Of a stretch of 64,000 nt of DNA, positions 55,083 to 64,000 are shown one piece after another. The notes under the pieces were generated by a model. It was given only the letters and a program-made list of their open reading frames with translations. It did not search any database and was not told the DNA's origin. Within the stretch, counting starts at the first letter, position 1; each line of letters opens with the position of its first letter. The stretch comes from Candidatus Kerfeldbacteria bacterium RIFCSPHIGHO2_12_FULL_48_17 (GTDB taxonomy: Bacteria > Patescibacteriota > Patescibacteriia > HO2-48-17), in NCBI GenBank assembly GCA_001818775.1, contig MHKD01000042.1, positions 41,022 to 105,021 on the forward strand. Direction: 5' to 3'. A program made the translations under genes and the position numbers.

Positions 55083-56560
55083 AGCGCCTTTTTCCTTAAA
55101 AATACGCGCAAAAAATCACCCATCTCCTGCCGGGTCAAAGCACCGAATAAAAACAAAGATAGACTGTAAACAACAGCGCTGATGAGAATCAAAACCACCA
55201 GGTGCCATTTCTCGGTAAAATACGGCTCAATAAAATACAAAATCAACGCCATGAAAACACCGGCCGCAAAAATCTTTATGAATTTTGCGACCAAATAGCG
55301 AATATTGAACGACTGAACCCGGTACACGAGCGGTAAACCCAAAAACAGCAAAACGATTGTGGAAATAAGCGCAGCGATGCTCGCTCCGATGAAGTGATAC
55401 TGGGGAATGAGAAAAAAATTCACCACCACATTGATGAGCAGGGCAATACCCATGTTCACCGTGTTGCGTGTTTGCAAATTGGCCGCATTGAGGAAATTAC
55501 CAACCGGATAATTCAAAAACAGAAAAACCAAACTCACCATAAAGATCTGTAAAGCAAGTCCCGAAGCTGCAAAGACCGGGCCATACACGCTCACCACAAA
55601 ACGTTCAGCCAACACCAGAACGCCAGACGTTATGGGTATGCTGACCAGCGTCAGATAAAACATGGACTGTTCAAAAACCGGCGCCACCTTCTCCCGCGCA
55701 TGAATAAGGTGATGACTCATGGCCGGAAAAAAACTGGTGGCAAAAGCGCCGGGCAATACCGTTAAGGCCATGGTGAGTTTGAATGCCACTTGGTACCAAC
55801 CCACGTGATCTTCGGTGGTATAGGCCTGGATCATAACCGTATCAATCGAACCGTTCAGGCGGAAAAAAATACCGGCCAAAGCAAACGGTGCGGAAATTTT
55901 AAGCATGCGCCGGAACTGCGACCAGGCAAACAGCGGCGCCACCCTAAGATGCGCCTTAAAAATCACCAAGAAAAGTGAATACGAAAACTGAAAAACACTC
56001 CCGAGAAGAATAGCACCGATGAGAAAATGCAAAGGCAGGCGCATAAGGAGCACGGCCATGCCGGCACCAACAATGACGAACTGGTAGACGATAATACCAA
56101 TGGCTTCATACAGCAGGCGCTGCTTGGCGCGAAAAATGGAATAAAAAGTAAAAGCGAAGGTATCAAGCACGATGATTCCTGACGCCAGATACGACAATTG
56201 CAACGTATCCGGCGGCAGGTGGACGAATGTAGTATATATCTGAAGAGAAACGAACAAAGCAATGAGCGCGCCAATAACCAACAGAATCTTCAACCCAACC
56301 ATACGCCGCAAATTCAGCTCCAGGGTGGTTTCATCTTTCGCTCCTTCACGGGTAAGTATCGGCCCAAGACCAAAATCCATGAAAATAACAAAGATGGAAG
56401 TGAATGTCAGCGCAAAAGCATATTTACCGAGATTCCCATGGCCGATACTCTGTGCAATGAAGGCAAAATAAAAAAACGACAAAATCTTTTGCACCATAAA
56501 GGCTATGGTAAGAAATGTCGTATTTCTTGCGAGGTTGTGTTTTTTATTTGCAGATGTCAT
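55079..56560 (-). CDS. Wzx-type oligosaccharide flippase (MOP superfamily polysaccharide biosynthesis protein)
   Basis: About 490 aa with 12-14 TMs and the typical Wzx layout. 4-nt ATGA overlap with the downstream GT4. Confidence 0.75.
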   Translation of the reverse strand: MTSANKKHNLARNTTFLTIAFMVQKILSFFYFAFIAQSIGHGNLGKYAFALTFTSIFVIFMDFGLGPILTREGAKDETTLELNLRRMVGLKILLVIGALIALFVSLQIYTTFVHLPPDTLQLSYLASGIIVLDTFAFTFYSIFRAKQRLLYEAIGIIVYQFVIVGAGMAVLLMRLPLHFLIGAILLGSVFQFSYSLFLVIFKAHLRVAPLFAWSQFRRMLKISAPFALAGIFFRLNGSIDTVMIQAYTTEDHVGWYQVAFKLTMALTVLPGAFATSFFPAMSHHLIHAREKVAPVFEQSMFYLTLVSIPITSGVLVLAERFVVSVYGPVFAASGLALQIFMVSLVFLFLNYPVGNFLNAANLQTRNTVNMGIALLINVVVNFFLIPQYHFIGASIAALISTIVLLFLGLPLVYRVQSFNIRYLVAKFIKIFAAGVFMALILYFIEPYFTEKWHLVVLILISAVVYSLSLFLFGALTRQEMGDFLRVFLRKKAL

Positions 56561-56629
56561 GGGAAGAAATATCAGGAGATGTTTTCAGACCAGCAAAAAC
56601 CGAGTACAACCACCACATTTGACGCAGCC

Positions 56630-57073
56630 CTAGCGCTTCGACCACTGCGGAGCACGACGGGCACGCTTGAGACCATATTTTTTGCGCTCCTTCACACGCG
56701 GATCACGTTTCAAAAAACCGGCGCGTTTCAGTAGCGTCCGCCATTCCGGGTTAAACAACTGCAAAACCCGAGCAATACCATGCCGAATACTTTCGGCCTG
56801 ACCACGCAAACCGCCACCCTCAACCTTCACGGAAATATAAAACTTACCTGCGGCATCAACCACCTGCAGAGGAGCTTCAACCATACCCTGCCAATAGCTG
56901 TTGACGAACACCTCATGCAAAGGCTTGCCGTTAATAACCAGCCTGGGTTCACCCTTCTTATACAGTCTTACACGCGCAACGGCTGATTTCCGTCTGCCAA
57001 CGGCATACACATAGCCCTGCGCAACAGCATGGCTCTTTGATTTTGATGCCGGTTTGGTGATTTTTTCTGTCAT
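56630..57073 (-). CDS. rpsI: 30S ribosomal protein S9
   Basis: VGRRKSAVARVRL...GGGLRGQAESIRHGIARVL...KR C-terminus. Confidence 0.9.
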   Translation of the reverse strand: MTEKITKPASKSKSHAVAQGYVYAVGRRKSAVARVRLYKKGEPRLVINGKPLHEVFVNSYWQGMVEAPLQVVDAAGKFYISVKVEGGGLRGQAESIRHGIARVLQLFNPEWRTLLKRAGFLKRDPRVKERKKYGLKRARRAPQWSKR

Positions 57074-57076
57074 GGA

Positions 57077-57460
57077 TTATGAGTTAAAACGAAGTCGGTT
57101 CATTCGGTCTTTGCGCTGATTGTTGTTAGGCAACATATTGTAAACAGCACCGCCAATAAGTTTACGGGGATCCTTTTTCAAAACTTCAGCAGCCGTCTGG
57201 GTTTTCAGCGATCCGGGATAGCGGGAATGACGGTAAAAAAGCGCCTGCTCAAATTTACGGCCCGTCATTTTCACCTGGGCAGCATTGGTAATCTCAACAA
57301 TATCGCCACCGTCAATATTATTCTTGATGGTGCGCTTGTGTTTCCCCATAAGCAAAATCGAAATCTTCGTAGCTAATCGGCCCAGCGGAACATTGGCAGC
57401 ATCAATAATATGCACTTTACGAACGATATTCTTGGATGGGGAAACAGAAATCTTTTTCAT
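57077..57460 (-). CDS. rplM: 50S ribosomal protein L13
   Basis: VHIIDAANVPLGRLATKISILLMGKHK. Start at the Met of MKKISVSP. Confidence 0.9.
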   Translation of the reverse strand: MKKISVSPSKNIVRKVHIIDAANVPLGRLATKISILLMGKHKRTIKNNIDGGDIVEITNAAQVKMTGRKFEQALFYRHSRYPGSLKTQTAAEVLKKDPRKLIGGAVYNMLPNNNQRKDRMNRLRFNS

Positions 57461-57464
57461 ACGT

Positions 57465-57827
57465 TTATACGAATTCAATGATAGCCATTTCTGCTGCATC
57501 GCCCTGGCGCAGGCCGACTTTCACCGTACGGGTATATCCACCCGGACGTTTGGTATATTTGGGGCCAAGATCTTTGATCAAAATATCAATAGCCATTTGC
57601 GCTTCGGCACCATTGCCGAGCTGACGCAAAAGCTCACGGCGGGTTTGTAAACCGCTTTTCCCGGCCTTGGTTACAAGTCTTTCAACACGAGAACGGAGCA
57701 CTGAAGCTTTGGCACGGGTGGTCTTCACTTTCTTGTGTATAACCATTTTGCACAGCAAAGAACGCAACAAAGCCGCACGAGCCGGTGCCTTTCTATCGAG
57801 TACTTTTTTACGTTTCCTGTGTCGCAT
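57465..57827 (-). CDS. rplQ: 50S ribosomal protein L17
   Basis: MRHRKRKKVLDRKAPARAALLRSL...GGYTRTVKVGLRQGDAAEMAIIEFV. Confidence 0.9.
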   Translation of the reverse strand: MRHRKRKKVLDRKAPARAALLRSLLCKMVIHKKVKTTRAKASVLRSRVERLVTKAGKSGLQTRRELLRQLGNGAEAQMAIDILIKDLGPKYTKRPGGYTRTVKVGLRQGDAAEMAIIEFV

Positions 57828-57840
57828 ACAATATCAAAAT

Positions 57841-58623
57841 TTATTCCTTTTCTTTATCAGTTTCGGCCTCCGCCTCGACCGGGGCCGTCTTCTTCGACTC
57901 GCCGTCATCAATTTCCGGCATTTCAACACCCTCCGGAGCAGCCTGACCGCTCAATAAAACAAAGTGATCAACCAAAATCTGCGCGGAATCCTTAAACGCC
58001 TGCTCAGGGGTGATGGAACCGTCCGTTTCAATATCCAACGTCAAAGAGTTGTAGTTGGTATACTGCTCGACACGGACATTTTGCACGGTGAAATTCACGG
58101 TGCGAACCGGTGAATAAATGGCATCAACTTCAATAGTGCCAATTTCCAAATCCTTTTTCTCCTGACTCTCAACCGGCACATAGCCGCGGCCATTCTGCAC
58201 CCACAAATCCATGGTCAATTCACCGCTCTTCGTAGTAATGGTGGCAATTTCATGATCAGGATTGACGATTTCCACCTGGGCATCCTTGGTGATATCCTTG
58301 GCCGTCACGGTCTTTTGGCCCTTGGCATGAAGCGTCAATTTCACCGGTTCATCAGAATGCGAAATCAGACGCAGCTTTTTGATGTTAAGCATAATGGAAA
58401 CAACGTCTTCCTTGACATCAGGCACTGCTGAAAACTCATGATCAGCGCCCTTAATCTTTATAGCCGTAACCGCAGATCCCGGTAAAGAAGATAAAAGTAC
58501 GCGACGAAGGGTGTTGCCGATCGTGGTACCGTAACCCGGGTGCAATGGCTGCATGATAATCTTCGCACGATTCTCGCTGACAGTTTCCACACTAATGCTT
58601 GCGGGAAGTTTTATATCTTGCAT
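57841..58623 (-). CDS. rpoA: DNA-directed RNA polymerase alpha subunit, N-terminal domain only. No alpha-CTD, and an acidic C-terminal tail.
   Basis: Alpha-NTD motifs (IIMQPLHPGYGTTIGNTLRRVLLSSLPGSAVTAIKI). The 260-aa protein ends ...AAPEGVEMPEIDDGESKKTAPVEAEAETDKEKE with no helix-hairpin-helix CTD. Confidence 0.85.
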   Translation of the reverse strand: MQDIKLPASISVETVSENRAKIIMQPLHPGYGTTIGNTLRRVLLSSLPGSAVTAIKIKGADHEFSAVPDVKEDVVSIMLNIKKLRLISHSDEPVKLTLHAKGQKTVTAKDITKDAQVEIVNPDHEIATITTKSGELTMDLWVQNGRGYVPVESQEKKDLEIGTIEVDAIYSPVRTVNFTVQNVRVEQYTNYNSLTLDIETDGSITPEQAFKDSAQILVDHFVLLSGQAAPEGVEMPEIDDGESKKTAPVEAEAETDKEKE

Positions 58624-58687
58624 AAGATGTAATTAAATAAAATTTATCTCTAGTTTAGAACAAAGAAATCGGCCAAGCATGAAAGTC

Positions 58688-59326
58688 CTATTTCGAATAG
58701 AATTCGACGATTAAGCTCACATTCAACGCATCTACCAGTTCTTTTGCCTGCGGCGCGGCAGCAACCGTGATCTTCATCGCCTTCTTGTCCACCGCCAACC
58801 ACTCCGGAACCTGATTCATGGTTGTTTCCTTCTGAACGGCCAGCATATCTTCCCAAATCTTCTTCTTGGCTTTGGTGGAGCTCACTTCAACCACATCACC
58901 CTCGCGCAAAACATAGGAAGGAATCGTAACCTTGCGCTTATTGACGAGGAAATGACCATGAGTGACAAACTGCCGGGACTGACGACGCGACTGGGCAAAA
59001 CCGGCGCGGTACACGGCATTATCCAAACGCGCCTCAAGCATTCCCACAAAAAATTCACCGGTATTGCCTTTTTTCTGAGTAGCAGCCTCAAAAGTGTTGC
59101 GGAACTGGGCTTCACGTAAACCGTACATCCGCTTGACTTTTTGCTTGGCGCGGAGTTGGGTGCCGTATTCCGTCATTTGCATACGACGACCACCACCGGA
59201 GGAACCCGGGGCATAATTACGCTTGACGATGGCGCATTTTGAAGTATAACAACGCTCACCCTTGAGAAAGAGTTTTTCGCCTTCGCGGCGGCACCGTTTA
59301 CATTGTGGACCAAGATCCTTTGCCAT
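58688..59326 (-). CDS. rpsD: 30S ribosomal protein S4
   Basis: MAKDLGPQCKRCRREGEKLFLKGERCYTSKCA (zinc ribbon) plus the S4 domain. Confidence 0.9.
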   Translation of the reverse strand: MAKDLGPQCKRCRREGEKLFLKGERCYTSKCAIVKRNYAPGSSGGGRRMQMTEYGTQLRAKQKVKRMYGLREAQFRNTFEAATQKKGNTGEFFVGMLEARLDNAVYRAGFAQSRRQSRQFVTHGHFLVNKRKVTIPSYVLREGDVVEVSSTKAKKKIWEDMLAVQKETTMNQVPEWLAVDKKAMKITVAAAPQAKELVDALNVSLIVEFYSK

Positions 59327-59344
59327 AAGAGAAAACAAGAGGAA

Positions 59345-59752
59345 TTAAACGCGACGCGGTTTGGGTCGGCGGACACCGTTGTGCGGTATGGGCGTAACAT
59401 CTCGGATGGATACCACATTCAAACCATTGGCCCCCAAAGCACGAATCGCCGCTTCACGACCACTGCCGATTCCCTTTACATTCACATCAACATCTTTCAA
59501 ACCGTAATCTCGGGCTTTTTCCACCGCCAATTTGACAATCACACCGGCTGCATACGGTGTAGCTTTCTTCGGACCCTTAAAACCGGCTTTTCCGGCGCTG
59601 GCCCAGGAGAGAATATTCCCCTGCTGATCAGCCAATGAAACGATCGTGTTGTTATAGGTAGCCTGAATAAAAGCCAAACCACGAGCGACGTGGTGACGCT
59701 TTTTCTTTTTCTTGATGGGAGCCGCGGATGAAGTTGTCGGTGTCGTAGCCAT
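59345..59752 (-). CDS. rpsK: 30S ribosomal protein S11
   Basis: [40 protein letters not shown]...[13 protein letters not shown]. Confidence 0.9.
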   Translation of the reverse strand: MATTPTTSSAAPIKKKKKRHHVARGLAFIQATYNNTIVSLADQQGNILSWASAGKAGFKGPKKATPYAAGVIVKLAVEKARDYGLKDVDVNVKGIGSGREAAIRALGANGLNVVSIRDVTPIPHNGVRRPKPRRV

Positions 59753-59755
59753 AGT

Positions 59756-60148
59756 TTATGTCTTTTGATCAGCTTTCTTTCTACCGCTGGTCGTGGTGCG
59801 ACGAACGTTACCGCGACGGGTACGGGAATTGGTCTTGGTTCGTTGTCCACGCACCGGCAAACCTTTCTGGTGCCGGGCGCCACGGTAGGTGGAAATATCC
59901 TTTAAACGCTTGATATTATTGAAAATATCCCGACGAAGTTCACCTTCGATGCGATAACCGCCCTTTTCAATGGCTTCGCGGAGTTTATTGACTTCGGCGT
60001 CCGTCAGATCTTTGGCGCGCGTATCAGGATTGATACCGGTTTGCGCCAAAATTTTTCGGGCAACCGTTAAACCAATACCATAAATAGAGGGAAGCGCGTA
60101 TTCGATACGCTTATCTTTTGGTAAATTTACACCGGCAAGTCGTGCCAT
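59756..60148 (-). CDS. rpsM: 30S ribosomal protein S13
   Basis: [26 protein letters not shown]. Confidence 0.9.
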   Translation of the reverse strand: MARLAGVNLPKDKRIEYALPSIYGIGLTVARKILAQTGINPDTRAKDLTDAEVNKLREAIEKGGYRIEGELRRDIFNNIKRLKDISTYRGARHQKGLPVRGQRTKTNSRTRRGNVRRTTTSGRKKADQKT

Positions 60149-60166
60149 CGCGTTTAAAAAAAGTTA

Positions 60167-60280
60167 TTAACCCTGACGCTGTTTATGCTTGGGATTGTGA
60201 CACAACACAACCACGACCCGCTTCCGACGGATAACCTTACAATCTTTGCACATCTTTTTTACGGAAGCTCGTACTTTCAT
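60167..60280 (-). CDS. rpmJ: 50S ribosomal protein L36 (37 aa)
   Basis: Missed by the ORF track (<60 aa). Manual translation of the minus strand gives [37 protein letters not shown], a C..C..C..H zinc ribbon. It sits at the canonical position between infA and rpsM. Confidence 0.85.
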   Translation of the reverse strand: MKVRASVKKMCKDCKVIRRKRVVVVLCHNPKHKQRQG

Positions 60281-60286
60281 ACGTGG

Positions 60287-60577
60287 TTATCTACGATAAA
60301 CAATTCGGCCCTTGGTGAGGTCATAGGGCGTCATTTCCACCAGCACGGTGTCGCCAGGCAAGATGCGAATTTTATTCATGCGCATTTTACCGGACAGGTG
60401 CGCCAACACCTGATGGCCATTGCCGAGAACGACCTTAAAATGGGCGTTGGGAAGCAGTTCTTCTACTTCCCCCTCCAGTTCAAGAAAACCTTTTTTATTC
60501 GTTTTCCCGATATTAGCATCACCCTTGGGCTGTTCCGGCTTTTGGGCTGGCGTCGTTGACGGCTGCGAAGTAGGCAT
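60287..60577 (-). CDS. infA: Translation initiation factor IF-1 with a ~25-aa low-complexity N-terminal extension
   Basis: OB-fold core ([62 protein letters not shown]), preceded by [24 protein letters not shown]... Confidence 0.85.
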   Translation of the reverse strand: MPTSQPSTTPAQKPEQPKGDANIGKTNKKGFLELEGEVEELLPNAHFKVVLGNGHQVLAHLSGKMRMNKIRILPGDTVLVEMTPYDLTKGRIVYRR

Positions 60578-60794
60578 TATTATACAGTATGTTACAAAAA
60601 AAATGTCCTCAAGCGCTGTTCGGCGGCTTGATAGTTGGTGATGCTACAGAAATTGTGCTGAGTTTTCAACCATTCAAACCCGAATGCGTGAGTTTCCGAA
60701 AGTGAAGTCATTATAGCAGAAAAAGGATATACGTCAAGTTAGGGGAAGAAAACACATGAGAAACAAATAAAAAAGCTAAAACTGGGGGAAATAT

Positions 60795-62669
60795 TTACTT
60801 TTTTGGTTCAAGTACCGCCTTGATCCGGCGTACTCCAGCCGAAACCGCTTCTTCTTTGGTTATCGTATAATGTCCCAGTTCACCGGTATGCTGCACATGG
60901 GGACCGCCACAAATCTCAAAGGAAAAATCACCCATGGTGTACACCTTCACCTTGTCACCATAGCGTTCTTCAAAATTGCCCATAGCACCGCGGCGTTTGG
61001 CTTCATCGACCGTCATCACTTCAAAACTCACCGGCAGGTCGCGGCTAATCTGGAGATTCACCATATCTTCCACGGCCTTGAGCTGCTCAGACGTAAGTTT
61101 AGTAGGATGGGCGAAATCAAAACGCATGCGTTCGGGCGTGATATTACTTCCCTTCTGCGTGACGTGATCCCCGAGAATATTGCGCAGGGCTTTGTAGGTC
61201 AGATGCGTGGCCGTGTGAAAACGCGTCGATTCAGCCGAATGATCCGCCAGACCGCCTTTGAATTTGTGCTTGGAGGCAGTGCGCGACAGATCCTGGTGTT
61301 TCTTCATTTCGGATTTGAAAGCGTTCAGGTCAACGTTGAGCCCCGCTTCCTTGGCCATTTCCAGCGTTATCTCAACCGGAAAACCATAACTCGTAAACAG
61401 ATCAAACGCATCTTTGCCCGTGATATCACCCTTCGCGCGCAATTTTTCAAATTGCCGAATACCCTTCTCGAGCGTGCGACGGAATTTCGTTTCCTCTTTT
61501 TGAATTTCGGCTTTGATTTGCTCGCGGCGATCATGCAGACTCGGGTACGCTTCCTTATATATATCAATAAACGTTTCGGTGATGGCAGCAGCAAACATTT
61601 CGCCGATGCCGAGCTGGTTGGCGAAACGAACAGCACGGCGAATGAGGCGACGGGTAAAATAACCCTGGTCTTTATTGGAAGGTGCGGCACCGTCAGCGAT
61701 GAGGAAAGTGGCAGCACGCATGTGGTCGAGGATGACGCGGAAAGCATGGGTGTGCGCGGGTTGTTCAGCGGCGTATGTTTTGCCAGAGAGTTTCTCGAGT
61801 TGGGTGCGGGCCGGGGTAAAAATATCGAGCAGAAACACATCAGGATTGTGATTATGAGCAGCGGCCAGGCGCTCAAGGCCACCACCAAAATCCACATTCT
61901 TTTTTTCGAGCGGCACAAAACCGGCGTCGGTTTTTTTGTAGGCCATGAAAACGTTGTTGCCGATTTCCATGAAACGCCCACAGTCGCAGTTGACATGGCA
62001 TGGTTGTTTGGCAAATTGCGAGGCGGCGTGAATGGCCGCGCCTTTTTCCTCACCGTAAAAATCCCAGAACATTTCTGCGTCTGGGCCACCGGGTTCACCG
62101 ACAGGCATTTTGTCTGGTATACCAGCGCGTGACCACCAATTTTTCTTGGCGTCGTAATAGAAAATCCGTCCGCCCTGCATGCCTTTTTCCCAGGCGTTGT
62201 CTATAATAGGTGCGTTGACGTTTTTGCTGGCAAACTGCTCCTGCCACAACTTGGCCGATTCTTCATCGCGCGGGACGCCAATCTTTTCATTGCCCCGGAA
62301 AACCGTGATATAGAGGTTGCGCGGGTCGAGCTTGAGGGTGTCGGTGAGAAATTCAAACATCCAGGGAATCTGTTCTTTCTTGAAATAATCGCCGAGTGAC
62401 CAGTTACCGAGCATTTCGAAAAAGGTGGTGTGACGATTATCGCCGACTTCTTCAATGTCATCGGCCCGGAACGATTTTTGCGAATCGGTCAGACGCGTGC
62501 CCTGGGGATGCGGCTGACCGAGGAGGTAGCTGATCATGGGTTGCATACCCGAGCCGGTGAAAAGCGTCGTGGGATCATTTTCGGGCAGCAAAGAAGCCGA
62601 GGGGAGAATCGTATGTCCCCTGTCTTGGAAAAATTTGAGATATTGTGCGCGGATTTCTTGTGTGTTCAT
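60795..62669 (-). CDS. alaS: Alanyl-tRNA synthetase (catalytic, tRNA-recognition and editing domains). No C-terminal C-Ala/DHHA1 domain.
   Basis: N-terminus MNTQEIRAQYLKFFQDRGHTILPSASLLPENDPTTLFTGSGMQPM. Editing-domain HxxxH (FHTATH) and CGGxH (CGGPHV). About 624 aa, versus ~870 for canonical AlaRS. Confidence 0.85.
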   Translation of the reverse strand: MNTQEIRAQYLKFFQDRGHTILPSASLLPENDPTTLFTGSGMQPMISYLLGQPHPQGTRLTDSQKSFRADDIEEVGDNRHTTFFEMLGNWSLGDYFKKEQIPWMFEFLTDTLKLDPRNLYITVFRGNEKIGVPRDEESAKLWQEQFASKNVNAPIIDNAWEKGMQGGRIFYYDAKKNWWSRAGIPDKMPVGEPGGPDAEMFWDFYGEEKGAAIHAASQFAKQPCHVNCDCGRFMEIGNNVFMAYKKTDAGFVPLEKKNVDFGGGLERLAAAHNHNPDVFLLDIFTPARTQLEKLSGKTYAAEQPAHTHAFRVILDHMRAATFLIADGAAPSNKDQGYFTRRLIRRAVRFANQLGIGEMFAAAITETFIDIYKEAYPSLHDRREQIKAEIQKEETKFRRTLEKGIRQFEKLRAKGDITGKDAFDLFTSYGFPVEITLEMAKEAGLNVDLNAFKSEMKKHQDLSRTASKHKFKGGLADHSAESTRFHTATHLTYKALRNILGDHVTQKGSNITPERMRFDFAHPTKLTSEQLKAVEDMVNLQISRDLPVSFEVMTVDEAKRRGAMGNFEERYGDKVKVYTMGDFSFEICGGPHVQHTGELGHYTITKEEAVSAGVRRIKAVLEPKK

Positions 62670-62771
62670 ATCGTCACTGTAATAAATTTGGTGGGTTTTG
62701 GCAATATTAAAAGAGGACTCATATAAAACATATGAGTCCAACCTCCTTTCTGGGAAAGAACGAATCAAAAA

Positions 62772-63950
62772 TCATGTCTGCTCCAGGGAAAGCAGCCGCT
62801 GCCTGAGATCAGATCGAAGTTGTTCGACCTTGGGCGATGGTGGAAAATTCTGAGTCGCTTCCTGAATCATGATCGGAACCAATATCCGACGGATGGCACC
62901 GACATACGCATTTATCAGCACCAACTGCTCTGTAGTGAGAATAGTGAGAATCTCCGGACCATTGATGTTAAAAGAGAGATCCATCCATTTCCCTTTAAGC
63001 AAACAGCCACAAAAGGTAAAAAGTGTCATCCAACCGATATGACCGCTCGGCAGCGGCTGAATTACAACAAAATTAGGTCGACGACGGGTACCACCAGCAT
63101 ATTCAGGCTCCGGAGTAATCCGAAAACTCTTACCATCGGATAACTGGATGAAACGTGGTAATACTGGCCAAGTAGCCTCACACAAAGCCGGATCTATCTG
63201 CATTGAGCGCTGACGCCAACTATTTTGCCACAACATCTCCTCAACATTTTCTGGGGCAAGACGCTCAAAAACCGCCTTGATTCTTAAATCGAGCATCTTT
63301 GCCTGTTGCGCGGCAAGATTTCTTTCACGAAGGGTATCAATAGTAGCCTGATTCATGACACCCTCGTAAGAAATACCGAGGTCAACATACAGCCATAGTG
63401 GCAGCATACCAGCATAGACAATCATGAACTCCTGAAGTTTCTCATATGCTTGGTCAACAGAAACACTCAAAGCCTGAAGCAGCTGCCGTTTTATATCAAG
63501 CGGATCAACCTTGTACTCCTTGAGAACAGATTCTCTGAGGAAAAAAATGATTTTGAGAATCTGGGGAAATCTTGAATCAGCGAAATGCTCAAATTCAAAA
63601 TTTCTTACTCTCTCAGTGAGAAACGCATATTGCCCAGCGCCAAGAAAATGAGCAGAGAAATCACTCACCACCGAAGATTCTGAAATCGTAAAACGAAGCT
63701 GAGAAGCCTTGGCTCGACTCCGCAGTAAATCATCTATTTCCTGAATCCTATGATAGCGGTGCTCCTGCCAGTACCGAACAAGGAAAAGATAATCATTCAC
63801 AGTTTCTGACCACAACCCGAGTTCACGGATAATGTCCAAAAAAGTGAAAAACTTCCTACACTGCGCTCCAGCCCGCGACATTTGTGTTTCAGAAGCAAAG
63901 CCGCGGAGAAAGATCTTAGAAAAAATATGCTGCGGACATATCTTTCTCAA
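62772..63950 (-). CDS. Hypothetical cytoplasmic protein (392 aa), family unknown
   Basis: Long ORF on the same strand as the flanking genes. No TM or signal peptide. No motif I can place. Confidence 0.4.
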   Translation of the reverse strand: MRKICPQHIFSKIFLRGFASETQMSRAGAQCRKFFTFLDIIRELGLWSETVNDYLFLVRYWQEHRYHRIQEIDDLLRSRAKASQLRFTISESSVVSDFSAHFLGAGQYAFLTERVRNFEFEHFADSRFPQILKIIFFLRESVLKEYKVDPLDIKRQLLQALSVSVDQAYEKLQEFMIVYAGMLPLWLYVDLGISYEGVMNQATIDTLRERNLAAQQAKMLDLRIKAVFERLAPENVEEMLWQNSWRQRSMQIDPALCEATWPVLPRFIQLSDGKSFRITPEPEYAGGTRRRPNFVVIQPLPSGHIGWMTLFTFCGCLLKGKWMDLSFNINGPEILTILTTEQLVLINAYVGAIRRILVPIMIQEATQNFPPSPKVEQLRSDLRQRLLSLEQT

Positions 63951-64000
63951 AATTTCCAGGTAAGAAGCTGCATATTGGTGGTAAAAAATCGTGCGCGCAA

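Noticed and set aside
60870-62132. 420-aa plus-strand ORF
   Set aside because: It is antisense to alaS across its catalytic domain, and its sequence has no features. It is an artefact of the long, stop-free complementary frame.
1-64000. CRISPR arrays, tRNA genes and rRNA genes
   Set aside because: I saw no regularly spaced 25-40-bp direct repeats. The intergenic regions large enough to hold a tRNA (3905-4038, 26548-26880, 60577-60795, 34540-34644) have no cloverleaf-compatible sequence, GTTC-type T-arm or CCA ends. There is no rRNA-like sequence. A covariance-model scan would be needed to be certain about small ncRNAs.

Overview
This 64-kb window reads as a bacterial chromosomal segment, compact and almost without intergenic space. 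The small, envelope-heavy gene set may fit a Patescibacteria/CPR-like organism, but that is inference only.

Housekeeping genes I can support from sequence:
- Replication and translation: dnaE, priA-def-fmt, gltX, serS, alaS, greA, frr, holB.
- A ribosomal/RNA-polymerase block in the order infA-rpmJ-rpsM-rpsK-rpsD-rpoA-rplQ-rplM-rpsI, plus rplY elsewhere.
- Cell shape and division: mreBCD-pbp2, a second mreB paralogue, a SEDS (FtsW/RodA) gene, FtsQ-like, an M23 peptidase and rseP.

About 37 kb (26.9-64 kb) is entirely minus-strand. It includes a large cell-envelope glycan locus: GT2 x4, GT4 x3, a Wzx flippase, a Wzy/O-antigen-ligase-like protein, DedA and a large exported protein. That locus is interrupted by a lone riboflavin-synthase-like gene and an ABC-2 transporter whose permease pair is tandemly duplicated. 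A second module on the plus strand (7.9-16 kb) holds two tandem exported paralogues, a MacB-type ABC exporter, a permease and a processive QxxRW GT2 synthase.

The most striking sequence-level feature is a ~158-bp MITE-like element present in two near-identical inverted copies (4509-4666 and 16880-17039). Each has 16-bp terminal inverted repeats, a 14-bp sub-terminal inverted repeat and 7-8-bp direct flanking duplications. One copy sits exactly in the def-fmt translational-coupling junction and replaces the fmt start codon. The other sits 23 bp upstream of a membrane-protein gene. Both supply an in-frame ATG.

Other oddities:
- RpoA has no alpha-CTD.
- AlaRS has no C-Ala domain.
- PriA has no recognisable Walker A motif.
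- One MreB gene is immediately preceded by a terminator-like hairpin.

I found no tRNA, rRNA or CRISPR.
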